Shown here: one piece after another, positions 46,742 to 56,910 of the stretch | How the letters are laid out: each line of letters opens with the position of its first letter | Position numbering within the stretch: the stretch's first letter is position 1 | Assembly: GCA_035362335.1 (NCBI GenBank) | Contig: DAOSDL010000005.1 | Coordinates: forward strand, 12,708 to 76,707 | Length of the DNA stretch: 64,000 bases | Source of the DNA: Bacteroidota bacterium | GTDB lineage: Bacteria > Bacteroidota > Ignavibacteria > SZUA-365 | Direction of reading: 5' to 3' | Position numbers and translations under genes: made by a program | The notes under the pieces: model-generated | What the model saw: the letters and a program-made list of their open reading frames with translations, nothing else | Told to the model about the DNA's origin: nothing | Database searches by the model: none

Positions 46742-47734
46742 ATGTTAGGGCAGTGGTTTTCTCTCGCGCGGAAAGGAGTTGTTGCATCGCCCATGGGTGA
46801 CGGGCACCATCATCATCATCACCATCACGAGCGTGACAGCGCTCGCGACATCGGGTTGGCGTTTTTCCTCAACCTCGGTTTCGCGATAGCGGAGATCATC
46901 GGCGGCATACTCACCAACAGTCTCGCCATACTCTCCGACGCGTTGCACGATTTTGGCGACAGTCTGATTCTCGGTGTGAGTTGGTTGCTGGAGCGCCGCG
47001 CGCGGCGTGCGCCCACCGCGAGGTACAGCTATGGCTATCGCCGCGTGTCGCTGCTCGGCGCGTTCGTGAATGTGGTGGTGCTCGTGGCGGGTTCGGTGTA
47101 CATCATCACCGAAGCCATACCGCGAATCCTGCATCCGCAGGACACCGATGCGGTGGGCATGATGTGGTTCGCCATCGCCGGTGTGCTGATCAACGGTCTG
47201 GCGGCGTTACGCCTCCGCGGCTCGGGATCGATGAACGCACGCGTGGTGGCCTGGCATTTGCTCGAGGATGTGCTGGGCTGGACCGCCGTGCTGGTGGTGA
47301 GTATTGTCATGCAGTTCACCTACCTGCCCGTGCTCGATCCGCTGCTTTCGCTGCTCATCGCCACGTACATTCTGTACTACAATGTGGCGGTGAATTTGTA
47401 CCGGACTGTGCGTCTGTTCTTGCAGGCGGTGCCCGAGAGCATTGATCTCGACGAGTTGCGGCGACGCATTCTCGCCATCGACAAGGTGCGCGCGGTACAT
47501 CACGCGCATGTGTGGTCGCTCGACGGCGCGCAGCATGTGCTGTCGGCGCATGTGGTGGTGGCCGCCGGAGTGGACAAAGCCGAGGTCATCGGCATCAAGC
47601 AGCGCATCAAGCAGGATTTGCTCGGTGAACACATCGAGCATCTCACCATCGAGATCGAGTACGAGGACGAGGACTGCATCATGGGTTCGACCTGGAACGG
47701 TGCCGCAGCCGGCACCACGACGAGCGAGGAATAA
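46742..47734 (+). CDS. Cation-diffusion-facilitator (CzcD/ZitB-like) metal efflux transporter with an N-terminal His8 tract
   Basis: CDF signature ([15 protein letters not shown]). HHHHHHHH at the N-terminus. An alternative start MGDGHHHH at 46793 follows a GAAAGGAG ribosome-binding site. Confidence 0.82.
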   Translation: MLGQWFSLARKGVVASPMGDGHHHHHHHHERDSARDIGLAFFLNLGFAIAEIIGGILTNSLAILSDALHDFGDSLILGVSWLLERRARRAPTARYSYGYRRVSLLGAFVNVVVLVAGSVYIITEAIPRILHPQDTDAVGMMWFAIAGVLINGLAALRLRGSGSMNARVVAWHLLEDVLGWTAVLVVSIVMQFTYLPVLDPLLSLLIATYILYYNVAVNLYRTVRLFLQAVPESIDLDELRRRILAIDKVRAVHHAHVWSLDGAQHVLSAHVVVAAGVDKAEVIGIKQRIKQDLLGEHIEHLTIEIEYEDEDCIMGSTWNGAAAGTTTSEE

Positions 47735-48546
47735 TGGATACGACGCATCTCTTTTTCGCCTTCGGGCTCACGGTGTTTGCCGGCCTGTCCACCGGCATCG
47801 GCAGTGCCCTGGCGTTTTTCGCAAAGCGCACCAACACCCGCTTTCTCTCCCTGTCCATGGGATTTTCCGCGGGTGTGATGATTTACGTGTCGATGGTGGA
47901 AATCTTCGTCAAGGCCAAGGATTCGCTTATCGAAGCGCTGGGCGTGACGGGCGGCAACTGGGCCACTGTCGGCGGATTTTTCGGAGGCATCGCTCTCATT
48001 GCGGTCATCGACAAGCTCGTGCCTTCCGGCGATAATCCGCATGAGATGCGCATGGTGGAGGAAATTCCCGCGGCCGGAGCGCAGCCCGACATGCGCCGGC
48101 TTATGCGCACGGGCATGTTCTCGGCCATCGCCATCGCCATACACAATTTTCCCGAAGGGCTGGCCACCTTTCTCTCCGCCATGAAGGATCCCACGCTCGG
48201 CATTCCCATCGCCGTGGCCGTGGCAATTCACAATATTCCCGAGGGTATCGCGGTGAGCATTCCGGTGTTCTACGCCACCAACAACCGCAAGCGCGCCTTT
48301 CTGCTTTCCTTCGGTTCGGGGCTCGCCGAACCCGTAGGCGCCATCCTCGGCTATTTCATCCTGCTGCAATTCTTCAGCGACGTCGTCTTCGGCATCGTCT
48401 TCGCTTCCGTGGCGGGCATCATGGTTTTCATTTCCCTGGACGAACTACTCCCCGGCGCCCGCGAGTACGGCGAACATCACCTCGCGATCTACGGTCTCAT
48501 TGCCGGCATGGTGGTGATGGCGATCAGCTTGCTGCTCTTTGTCTGA
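47734..48546 (+). CDS. zupT: ZIP-family zinc transporter
   Basis: 270 aa. Repeated HNFPEGLA / HNIPEGIAV metal-binding motifs. The start overlaps the CDF stop (TAATG). Confidence 0.88.
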   Translation: MDTTHLFFAFGLTVFAGLSTGIGSALAFFAKRTNTRFLSLSMGFSAGVMIYVSMVEIFVKAKDSLIEALGVTGGNWATVGGFFGGIALIAVIDKLVPSGDNPHEMRMVEEIPAAGAQPDMRRLMRTGMFSAIAIAIHNFPEGLATFLSAMKDPTLGIPIAVAVAIHNIPEGIAVSIPVFYATNNRKRAFLLSFGSGLAEPVGAILGYFILLQFFSDVVFGIVFASVAGIMVFISLDELLPGAREYGEHHLAIYGLIAGMVVMAISLLLFV

Positions 48547-48570
48547 GTGGCGAAGCGTTGAGTGCAGCTG

Positions 48571-48875
48571 GCTGAGTGCGTGATACATTCGAAGAGCGCG
48601 GAGAGCGCAGGGCGCGGAGGATGGGTTGAGGTCGCATCCCGCTCAGATCATGCCAGCGAGCTGAGTGCGGGATACATTTGAAGAGATGAAAGAGAGTGGA
48701 GAGAGCGGAGAGGAATTGTTGAGGTTGCTTCCCGCTCGATCCGTGCGCCACGCCGCAATCGAATCAACGCAAGGACGCCGAGCCGCTTAGCCGCGAACCC
48801 TCTGGGCCCTCGGTGTTCGCGAAGCGCTCTGGGTTCTCCGTGTTCCCGCGAAGCGCTCTGGGTACTCCGTGTTCC
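48571..48875. repeat. Cluster of direct repeats in a 500-bp non-coding spacer
   Basis: Two copies of a roughly 75-bp unit are at 48571-48644 and 48660-48737; each begins gctgagtgcgKgatacattYgaagag and ends cccgctc. A roughly 27-bp unit (gcgaagcgctctgggtWctccgtgttc) occurs three times at 48792-48873, followed by a polypyrimidine tract (48885-48925). Confidence 0.6.
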
Positions 48876-49056
48876 ACAATTCCTCCTTACCCTCCTTTCC
48901 TCCTTACTCTCATTCTTCACTGTATTACACGATCACGCTCACCCCACCACACTGAATCGGCGCACGGATCACTCCTCGTCTGATAAAAATCCCGTTTCTT
49001 TCGCAACGCTGCGGATAATATATTCCGGTATCTTGTTCCATTCCCGGAGAAGTAGC

Positions 49057-50781
49057 ATGCGTTACCCGCTGGAGGAGTACCCGTTGTACACCGTGCCGGA
49101 GCTGCGAACGTTTCAGGACATTCTCCGCAACGGCTTCACCGCGCATCCCGATCGTATCGCGCTGTCCGATCTCGCGCCCACGCCGATTCAGCAGGTCACC
49201 TACGCCCAGCTCTTCCGGCACGTGGTGCGTTTCGGACAGGCGTTGCGCGGCATGGGACTGAAGGAGCGCGACCATATCGCGCTCATCGCCGAGAATCGCG
49301 TGCAATGGGCCATCGCCTATCTCGCTATCACCAGCTTCAACTTCGTTGTGGTGCCGATCGACCGCAATCTCAAGGAGAACGAGATTCTCACGATTCTCCA
49401 TGCATCCGATGCGCGCGCCGCCGTGTTTTCGGAGAGTTTCCGCGAAATGTTCGACGAATTCTCCCGCTCGGTGCGGCAACTCGAATTTCTGGTGGACATG
49501 GATTTACCCGCGCGACGCGACAATATGCATGCGATGCGCGAAGTGATCGAAGCGCAGCCGTTGCCCGCCGCCGGAGATCCTTTTCCAGTGCTTACACCCG
49601 AGGACATGGCCGTGATCGTCTTCACCTCCGGATCCATGGGACATGCGAAAGGGGTGATGCTGTCGCAGAAAAACATCTGCGCCAATCTTCGCGCCATGCT
49701 GCAGATGGTGGAGATCGTGGCGGAGGACCGCTTCCTCTCGGTGCTGCCTATGCATCACACCTACGAATGCACCTGCGGCTTTCTCTGTCCGCTGGTCACC
49801 GGCGCTTCCACGCATTTCGCGCGCTCGCTGAAAACCGTGGCCGAAGACATGCTCTCGGTTCGGCCCACGGTGCTGCTGGGCGTACCGCTGTTGTTCGAGA
49901 AAATGTACCGCCGCATCAGCAAGGCCATCGAGGAAAAGAAAATCGCCTCGGCCATCATGAAGCCGCTGCAGGCCATGATCACCGTGCTCGAAGTGGCAGG
50001 CGTGAAGGGCGCGCGGAAGAAGGTGTTCCACGAAGTGCACGATCGCTTCGGCGGAGCCATTCGTCTGCTCATCGTCGGTGGAGCCGCGCCCGAACCCTCG
50101 GTGGCCGCCGGTTTCCAGGCTTTGGGTTTCGCCTTTCTCCAGGGCTATGGCCTCACCGAATGTTCGCCCATTCTCGCGCTCAATCGCGAGCGCAAATTCA
50201 AGAACGAAGCCGCCGGCCTCCCACTGCCGGGTGTGGCGATACGCATCGAGGATCCGGACGAGGAGGGGCGCGGCGAGATCGTTGCCAAAGGCGACAGCAT
50301 CATGCTCGGCTATTACCGCAACGAGCAGGCCACCAAGGCCGTGCTCGCCGACGGCTGGTTCAACACAGGCGACTACGGCTTCATCGATGCGGATGGTTTT
50401 CTCCACATCAATGGACGCAAGAAAAATGTGATCATCGCGCGCAACGGCAAGAATGTGTTTCCCGAGGAACTCGAAGAGCAAATCACACGCTTGCCCTTCG
50501 TGCTCGAATGCGTGGTGCACGGCGTGAAGTCCGCAAACGGCGACGAGTACATCGCAGCGATGATCGTGCCCGATGCGAACGCAGTGTACGAACACGCCAA
50601 CGCGCAGGGCAAGGAGGTCACCTCCGATTTCGTGCAGGCGCTGCTCGACGAGGAAATACGCAAGCTCAACCGCAAGCTGCCCGTGTACAAGCAGATCCGC
50701 CATGTGGCGCTGCGCGACAGCGAATTTGAAAAAACCACCACGCAGAAAATCAAACGCTACCTGGTGGAAGGCCACGCGTAG
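49057..50781 (+). CDS. Long-chain-fatty-acid--CoA ligase (AMP-binding superfamily)
   Basis: GGAGAAG ribosome-binding site, then ATG at 49057. AMP-binding motif VFTSGSMGHAKGVMLS, with GYGLTE and a late GDxG/K motif. Confidence 0.85.
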   Translation: MRYPLEEYPLYTVPELRTFQDILRNGFTAHPDRIALSDLAPTPIQQVTYAQLFRHVVRFGQALRGMGLKERDHIALIAENRVQWAIAYLAITSFNFVVVPIDRNLKENEILTILHASDARAAVFSESFREMFDEFSRSVRQLEFLVDMDLPARRDNMHAMREVIEAQPLPAAGDPFPVLTPEDMAVIVFTSGSMGHAKGVMLSQKNICANLRAMLQMVEIVAEDRFLSVLPMHHTYECTCGFLCPLVTGASTHFARSLKTVAEDMLSVRPTVLLGVPLLFEKMYRRISKAIEEKKIASAIMKPLQAMITVLEVAGVKGARKKVFHEVHDRFGGAIRLLIVGGAAPEPSVAAGFQALGFAFLQGYGLTECSPILALNRERKFKNEAAGLPLPGVAIRIEDPDEEGRGEIVAKGDSIMLGYYRNEQATKAVLADGWFNTGDYGFIDADGFLHINGRKKNVIIARNGKNVFPEELEEQITRLPFVLECVVHGVKSANGDEYIAAMIVPDANAVYEHANAQGKEVTSDFVQALLDEEIRKLNRKLPVYKQIRHVALRDSEFEKTTTQKIKRYLVEGHA

Positions 50782-50809
50782 TCCTTCACATTCTTTGTGA
50801 TGAGAAAGG

Positions 50810-50843
50810 AAACGCCGTGCGCAGATCGTGCACGGCGTTTTCA
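50810..50843. terminator. Bidirectional hairpin between convergent genes
   Basis: aaacgccgtgc-gcagatcgt-gcacggcgttt. Confidence 0.6.
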
Positions 50844-50887
50844 CAACTTTTCCCCGTTCACTCCTTCACTTTTACCCCGGATTGCTC

Positions 50888-51868
50888 TTACTGCTTTCGC
50901 AGCATGACGAGCGGTATTGTTCGCATGCTGCGCTCTGTCAGAGCGGTGCAATAATATTGGCCGTTCGCAAGGCCGCGAGTGTCGAAGCGGATATCGTGCA
51001 CGCCGGTGCCGAGGCGTCCATTGTGAAGAATTCGCAGCACCCGACCCTGCACGTCGTGGACGAACAGTCGCAATGATGCTCTTTCCACAGCATCGACATG
51101 TATCACTGCATCCGCGCTCGATGGATTTGGATAGCATGACAGATGGACGCCGTACGGCGGAGCTTCGGGCTTGTCAACCGCAGGCGTAGCGGTAAGAATG
51201 TAGCGCTCATCCGAACTCCAGTCGAAGAAATTGAAGGTGTACAAGCGGATTTCGTGCAGTCCCCCGTGTCGAGAGACAAGCAATTCCCTGCTTACAGCGT
51301 TGTCCAGGCAATCCGTCCACAGCGTACGCAGATGCAGGTACCCGTCGCGCTCATCCATCGAATCCGCCGGGGTGGGTGAGTAGTAGCGATACATGCGGGC
51401 GTAAGGATAGAGGAGAGCGGTATCCGGTATGTCCGGACAGGGCGGCGAGTTCCACACCGTATCCGGAAACATCCAACCGCGCAACGAATTCGTTCCCGCA
51501 CCCTCGCCGTCGCCCACGGTCTCGATGATGGTGTCCCGCGTCACGACGTCCACCATTTGTTGAGAAACAATGCGCCGCGAGGTCCTGATGGTTTCCACAC
51601 CGCGCTTCCTGAGTTCCAGACCGTGGATAATCGCCGATCCGTCCGGTGTGGCATGTTCTTCGCTTCGAATCAGGACTGTCCCGTCAAACTCTGTAAACTG
51701 CGACACTGTATCACCTCCCATGAATGTCGAAGGGATGCCAGCACGAGTCAGACGAAAGGTGCGTTCATCTCCCCAACCAGGTCCCAGCAGATCATAGCTC
51801 TGTGCCGCGCCGGGCCTCGGCAGCAGGAGAAACGCAAGTAGCGCGGGAAGAAGGGGCATCTTCTTCAT
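50888..51868 (-). CDS. Secreted protein with a type-IX-secretion C-terminal sorting domain
   Basis: Signal peptide MKKMPLLPALLAFLLLPRPGAAQ. The C-terminal about 80 aa (LSCYPNPSSADAVIHVD...GVHDIRFD...GQYYC...) fit the T9SS C-terminal domain pattern. Confidence 0.7.
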   Translation of the reverse strand: MKKMPLLPALLAFLLLPRPGAAQSYDLLGPGWGDERTFRLTRAGIPSTFMGGDTVSQFTEFDGTVLIRSEEHATPDGSAIIHGLELRKRGVETIRTSRRIVSQQMVDVVTRDTIIETVGDGEGAGTNSLRGWMFPDTVWNSPPCPDIPDTALLYPYARMYRYYSPTPADSMDERDGYLHLRTLWTDCLDNAVSRELLVSRHGGLHEIRLYTFNFFDWSSDERYILTATPAVDKPEAPPYGVHLSCYPNPSSADAVIHVDAVERASLRLFVHDVQGRVLRILHNGRLGTGVHDIRFDTRGLANGQYYCTALTERSMRTIPLVMLRKQ

Positions 51869-52185
51869 TTCAGCTCCTGGGATGTGTCATCAGCTTGCAC
51901 AAATATAGGGACGCCATGGTCCGCTTGCATCAGCATCGAACGATGCGGCGTTCCGGGCGATCCGCGCAGGAATGACACTTCAGCATGCCCATGCATTCCT
52001 TCGTCCGATAACAATGTTGCTTCGGGACTCGATGCTGTCTGCTCGGCAACGTCCTCGGTGATACAGGGAGATCGGCACTGCTAAGTCCATCGGCATCCCG
52101 GAAAAACAAAGCGCGGACGAAATCGCCCGCGCTTTGTGAAAAATCCGCATTTCGCTATCCGCGAAATGAGATCCGGAATCCGCAA

Positions 52186-53778
52186 TTACCGCACGACCAT
52201 CATGCTGCGCGTTTCCACGGCGCTCGAAGTTTCGAGGCGGTACAGATACGTGCCCGCCGCGAGTTGCGTGGGGGAGAAACGCACCTGATGCGCACCCGGC
52301 GGCAGCACTCCGTCCACCAGCGTTTTCACCAGCTTGCCCTGTATGTTGTACACGGCGAGACGCGTCTGTCCGCCCGTCACCTGGAAGCCGATGGTCGTCC
52401 CGCCGTCGCGCGATGCTGCGAACGGATTCGGATAATTCTGCTCCAGAGCGAAGCCCGCCGGCAAGCCGCGGCCGCTCACGCCCACCGGCGCCTGTACGAA
52501 CAGCGGCAGGGGATCCCACTCGCCTTTGAGAATCAGCGCCGCGTCGCTCTGCTTCACGCCGAACCATTGCCGCAGCACGCTGGCGTAGGTCTGCTTGAAA
52601 TCGTATTGCTGCTTGATATCGCCGTTGCGATCCAGATCCGCGAGATCCGGATTGTGCCCGTACACACCGCCGTGTACTTCGGGACCCACGAAGAGCATAG
52701 GCGCGGCAGTGCCGTGATCGGTGCCCGCGGTGCCGTTGGCCTCCACACGTCGACCGAATTCGGATATCGTCATCAGCGCCACGCGTTGATCGAGGCCGAA
52801 GCGCTTGAGGTCCTCGAAAAACGCGCCGATGGCCGAGGACAAGGCGCCGAGCAATTGCGTGTGCCGCGGCGTCGCCCCGTTGTCCTGCTGCGCATGCGTA
52901 TCGTAGCCCTTTTGCGACACCACGTAAATGGGTGTGTCCAGGCCGCCCGCGATCAGTCGCGCCACGATTTTCAAACGCTCGGCCACATCATTGCCCGTCG
53001 GATACACATCGTTGTTCTGCACTGTGTTTGCCGCGTCGCGCACCGGCTTGGCGTAGTGATTGGCCTCCAGAGCGATGTTGCGAATGTACTCCAGCTCGAG
53101 CCCGGCCGGGGTGCTGGTGTCGGGCGGGTCGCCACCGCTGATGTCCGTGCCGGAGATGATGCGGTAAAATGTTTCGGGATCGTAAATCGCCATGCTCATG
53201 CCCACCTCCGGACCCTGCATCATCAGCGAGGTGGTGGTGCCGATCTCGATGGCCAGAGGATGCGCCGGCGTGGCCGAGGGATCGGGGTAACCGGGGAAGC
53301 GGTGGTCGAGATAGCGGCCGAGCCAGCCGTCCTCGAGAAAGGTGTACTGGTCGGACGGCGACTTGTTGTTGCTCCCCGTGAACCAGATGTCGGTCGAACG
53401 GAAGTGGCTGCGATTCGGATTCTCGTATCCCACATTCTGCACCACCGCTAATTTGCCTTCGCCGTGCAGCGCGTGCAGATGGCTGAGCGCGGGATGCAAA
53501 CCCAAGGTATCATTGAGCTTCAGCGGATTGGCGATGGCCAGGCTTCCGCGCGCGTTCTGATACAGACTGTCTTCGAAGGGCACGACGGTGTTGAGGCCGT
53601 CGTTGCCGCCGTCGAGTTGAATCACCACCAACACACGCCCCGTGCCCGCGCTCATGGCGGCGCGCGCCAGCGAAGGAGCGTTCGCGTACGCCTTGGCCGC
53701 GAAGGGACGGGAGAGGCCGATGGTGCTCGTCACGATACCGGCGGTGACGCCGGACTTTACGAAATCTCTGCGTTTCAT
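52186..53778 (-). CDS. DUF1501 (sulfatase-like) protein with an N-terminal twin-arginine signal and a C-terminal T9SS sorting domain
   Basis: Tat-like motif MKRRDFVKSG. DUF1501 core. The C-terminal about 90 aa (EQNYPNPFAASRD...LAVYNIQGKLVKTL...GTYLYRLET) are T9SS C-terminal-domain-like. Confidence 0.82.
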   Translation of the reverse strand: MKRRDFVKSGVTAGIVTSTIGLSRPFAAKAYANAPSLARAAMSAGTGRVLVVIQLDGGNDGLNTVVPFEDSLYQNARGSLAIANPLKLNDTLGLHPALSHLHALHGEGKLAVVQNVGYENPNRSHFRSTDIWFTGSNNKSPSDQYTFLEDGWLGRYLDHRFPGYPDPSATPAHPLAIEIGTTTSLMMQGPEVGMSMAIYDPETFYRIISGTDISGGDPPDTSTPAGLELEYIRNIALEANHYAKPVRDAANTVQNNDVYPTGNDVAERLKIVARLIAGGLDTPIYVVSQKGYDTHAQQDNGATPRHTQLLGALSSAIGAFFEDLKRFGLDQRVALMTISEFGRRVEANGTAGTDHGTAAPMLFVGPEVHGGVYGHNPDLADLDRNGDIKQQYDFKQTYASVLRQWFGVKQSDAALILKGEWDPLPLFVQAPVGVSGRGLPAGFALEQNYPNPFAASRDGGTTIGFQVTGGQTRLAVYNIQGKLVKTLVDGVLPPGAHQVRFSPTQLAAGTYLYRLETSSAVETRSMMVVR

Positions 53779-53806
53779 GGCTGTGTCCTCATTCCTTGTG
53801 CGTGGA

Positions 53807-55402
53807 TCAACAGAGCTGCGATTCGCTCAACCGCAACACGGCCTTGAGCAAATCCTTGATGCGGCCATCGGCGCCGGGGAGGTTGACATTCCACTCGTAC
53901 TCCGGTGCGCCCGCGAGGAGCTTGTCGAGCAGAATCTCGAATTGATTTGTGCTGAGCTTCAGCGGCACAAGGTAGGCGATGAGGTCCGCGATCATCTGCC
54001 GCGCATTGTTCGGATCGGGGAGCGAAGACACGAAGGGGATGGGATCCACGCTGAACTTGGGTGTGGTGCGCATAGTGCCCAGCACCAGTTCGTCGGACAC
54101 CGACCAGCGATTGGCCAGGCGACTCGCGCTGATCCAGTTGCGATACCCCGGCCAGCCTTTCACATTGGGCGCTTCCAGCAACTGGCAGCCCAGCGCCGAG
54201 CACACCTGATAGAGGTAGCGCACGTTGGTGGTGCTGATGTTGAGCTGGCGAATGCTTCCGATGTAAAATTCCAGCGGCGAGGTGATGTGCGCGCCGATGT
54301 TGGCACTCTCGAAGAAATGCTCGCTCTTGAGCAGCGTATCCATCACTGGCCGTATCGACCAATTGTTGGCAATGAGTATGCCGGCGAGTTCATCGATGAT
54401 GGTTTCGTCGGCGATTTCATACACGAATTCGCGATAGAGTTTGCGGCAAATGAAACGCGCCACTTCGCGCTCATGCACTTCGAAAATGATGTTGAGAATG
54501 TCCTCGTAACCGAAGGTCCCCGTGCGGCCCATGAAGGTTTTGCTCGTGGCATCGTGTCTGTTGGCAATGAACACGGCCTCGCGGGGATGATACATCTTCG
54601 TGCCGGCGGGACTGGTGCCGGTTTCCTTGATAGTCCAACCGGACAGTGCCCGGGCGGCCTCCTTGATGTCCTGCTCGGTGTAGCCGTTTCCCTCGCCCAG
54701 CGTGTGCAGTTCCATCAACTCGCGTGCGTAGTTCTCGTTGGGACGCTGCCGCGTGTTATACCAGCCATCGAGGTAAATCAACATCGCCGGTGCGATGGTG
54801 ACGTCCTTGACCATCTGCTTGAAATTGCCGAGGAAATTCCGACGGAAAAGATCCACGAACCAGTAGTTGAAATGCGGCTGCCGTACCGTGGTGGATTCGG
54901 TGGCCCAGTGGTCGGACCAGAAAAACGTCATCTTCTCGCGAATCGACCTGTCCTGGTTGAGCATCAATCCCGTCCACCAATCGCGCAAGGCGGCGAGGCG
55001 CTCGACATTCGTGCGATCATTGTTCGAGTTGTCGTACCAGTAATCTTCGTCCACCCATGGCCCGGGAGCCGAGGGGAGGGACGAGTCCGCGAGGAGAATG
55101 TCCACCATCTCGGAAGGTGTTTTGCTCAGCGCGAAATCGATGTCCGCGCGCGTTGCGCCGAACATGCAGCGCCGTAACAGATACCCCGCGCGCTGCCGGT
55201 CCCAGGGTTTCTGCGCCGAAGGGATGTAGGGTGTCAATCCCGCCAGAATCAAACGGGGCAGGGGCACGGGTTCGGGCAGTCCCTTCAGACTTGCCTCGCG
55301 CTCGGCCAGCGCGCTTTTGTGCAGACGCGCCGCGGCCGCCCTTGCGGCGCCGGGACTGTCATGTCGAGACCGCATGGCATCGTTGGTAACGGAACGTTCC
55401 AT
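53807..55402 (-). CDS. DUF1800 protein (partner of DUF1501)
   Basis: AAGGA ribosome-binding site, then ATG at 55402 (MERSVTNDAM...). The track ORF extends spuriously to 55600. Conserved WFWSDHWATE and ELHTLG motifs. Confidence 0.78.
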   Translation of the reverse strand: MERSVTNDAMRSRHDSPGAARAAAARLHKSALAEREASLKGLPEPVPLPRLILAGLTPYIPSAQKPWDRQRAGYLLRRCMFGATRADIDFALSKTPSEMVDILLADSSLPSAPGPWVDEDYWYDNSNNDRTNVERLAALRDWWTGLMLNQDRSIREKMTFFWSDHWATESTTVRQPHFNYWFVDLFRRNFLGNFKQMVKDVTIAPAMLIYLDGWYNTRQRPNENYARELMELHTLGEGNGYTEQDIKEAARALSGWTIKETGTSPAGTKMYHPREAVFIANRHDATSKTFMGRTGTFGYEDILNIIFEVHEREVARFICRKLYREFVYEIADETIIDELAGILIANNWSIRPVMDTLLKSEHFFESANIGAHITSPLEFYIGSIRQLNISTTNVRYLYQVCSALGCQLLEAPNVKGWPGYRNWISASRLANRWSVSDELVLGTMRTTPKFSVDPIPFVSSLPDPNNARQMIADLIAYLVPLKLSTNQFEILLDKLLAGAPEYEWNVNLPGADGRIKDLLKAVLRLSESQLC

Positions 55403-55666
55403 CGCAATCGTCCTTGTTGTGAATGCCGGGAAGATTTCAGATAGGACATGATATGTCCGAAAAGGTTGAATGTCAAGATGCACCCGGGAGATCGCAGTGG
55501 GCACAGAGGCGGGCAACTCCCGGGGCGAGAGGTATGCACCGTACGCACGCGCGCACAACGCCGCCACTGCCGCGATGTGCGGAAAAAGCGTAGATTTCAC
55601 TCATGAGCACCGTTCGCATTGTTCCACAATAGCGGCACGCAGCACACCCGCAACACCGTCACACTC

Positions 55667-56833
55667 ATGATCATCGCCGCCGACAGCAACATTCCCTTCA
55701 TCACCTACGCCTGCGCGGAACTCGGTACCGTGCTTCGTTTCGACGCGCGCGACGCCAGCGGCGTGCGCGATGCCGTTGCCCAGGCCGACGTAGTACTCTG
55801 CCGCTCCACTCTGCGCGTGGATGACGCGCTACTCGCGGGCAGTGCCGTTCGCTTTGTCGCCACCGCCACCTCCGGCACCGAGCATATCGACATCGCGGCG
55901 CTGGAGGCGCGCGGCGTCGCGGTGGCTTCGGCCGCGGGCAGCAATGCGCGCTCCGTGGCCGAGTGGGTGATGACGGCGCTCTTTCACCTCGCCCTGCAAC
56001 AGCGGCGATCGCCGCACGATCTGCGACTGGGAATCGTTGGCGTGGGGCACGTGGGCACGGCGGTGCTGCATCTCTCGCGTGCGGTCGGGATGTCGGCGCT
56101 CCTGAACGATCCCCCGCGATCCGAGCGCGGCGACGCGCCACCGCCGGGCGCCGCCGGAGGCTGGCAGCCGCTCGAACAACTGCTTGCCGCGAGCGATGCG
56201 ATCACCGTGCATACTCCGCTTCAGAGCGAAGGGCCACATCGCAGCGCCGGGCTGCTGAACAGCGGAAATCTCTCGCGGCTGGCCCGAACCCCGATGCTGC
56301 TCAACGCCGCGCGCGGCGAGGTGGTGGATATGGATGCCGTACGCGCATTTCGCGGCTCGCTGTCCGCTGTCGCCCTCGATGTGTTCCCGGGCGAGCCGGA
56401 AGTGGATCCCGACCTGCTCGCCTTGGCCGACGTGGTCACGCCGCATGTGGCCGGTCATTCACTCGATGGAAAGCTTCTGGGAACGCAGATGGTTTACGAC
56501 GCGCTGTGTGCCTTCTTGGGTGTGCCGCCGCAGTGGCGTCACGAACAGCATTTGCCGGAGGATGCGCTCATCGAGATGCAGGCCGGCGAGCTGCGTGCTG
56601 CGACGCCCGAGGAACAGGTCGCGGAGGTGCTGCTGCGGGCCTGCCCCCTCCTGCGCGATGACGCGGCATTGCGAGCCGTCGGCGCGTTGCCCGGCGTGGA
56701 ACGCGCGCGCGCCTTTGGCACATTGCGTGCGGAGTATCCGGTTCGGAGGGAATTCCATCGCACACGCGTGTACGCGTCGGGATTCGACGAACAGGCGCTG
56801 GCGATGTTGGGAGCGCTGGGATTTCTCCTTTGA
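55667..56833 (+). CDS. pdxB: Erythronate-4-phosphate dehydrogenase-like D-2-hydroxyacid dehydrogenase
   Basis: ATG at 55667 (MIIAADSNIPFITYA...). The N-terminal layout resembles PdxB (VGTATSGTEHIDIAAL). NAD-binding GIVGVGHVG. Catalytic R/E/H region ...AARGEVVDMDA...HVAGHS. Confidence 0.75.
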   Translation: MIIAADSNIPFITYACAELGTVLRFDARDASGVRDAVAQADVVLCRSTLRVDDALLAGSAVRFVATATSGTEHIDIAALEARGVAVASAAGSNARSVAEWVMTALFHLALQQRRSPHDLRLGIVGVGHVGTAVLHLSRAVGMSALLNDPPRSERGDAPPPGAAGGWQPLEQLLAASDAITVHTPLQSEGPHRSAGLLNSGNLSRLARTPMLLNAARGEVVDMDAVRAFRGSLSAVALDVFPGEPEVDPDLLALADVVTPHVAGHSLDGKLLGTQMVYDALCAFLGVPPQWRHEQHLPEDALIEMQAGELRAATPEEQVAEVLLRACPLLRDDAALRAVGALPGVERARAFGTLRAEYPVRREFHRTRVYASGFDEQALAMLGALGFLL

Positions 56834-56910
56834 CCCACGCCAGCGCGCCGCGACCTTTTGCCTGCCCGGCGCATCCTACGCGACATGTACCACAGTGTTC
56901 GACGAAGGAC

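Noticed and set aside
48648-48920. 90-aa minus-strand ORF inside the repeat-rich spacer
   Set aside because: The codons are dominated by AAG/GAG/AGG/GGA with low third-position GC, unlike the genuine genes here. The ORF is composed of the tandem 27-bp repeats and a polypurine tract.
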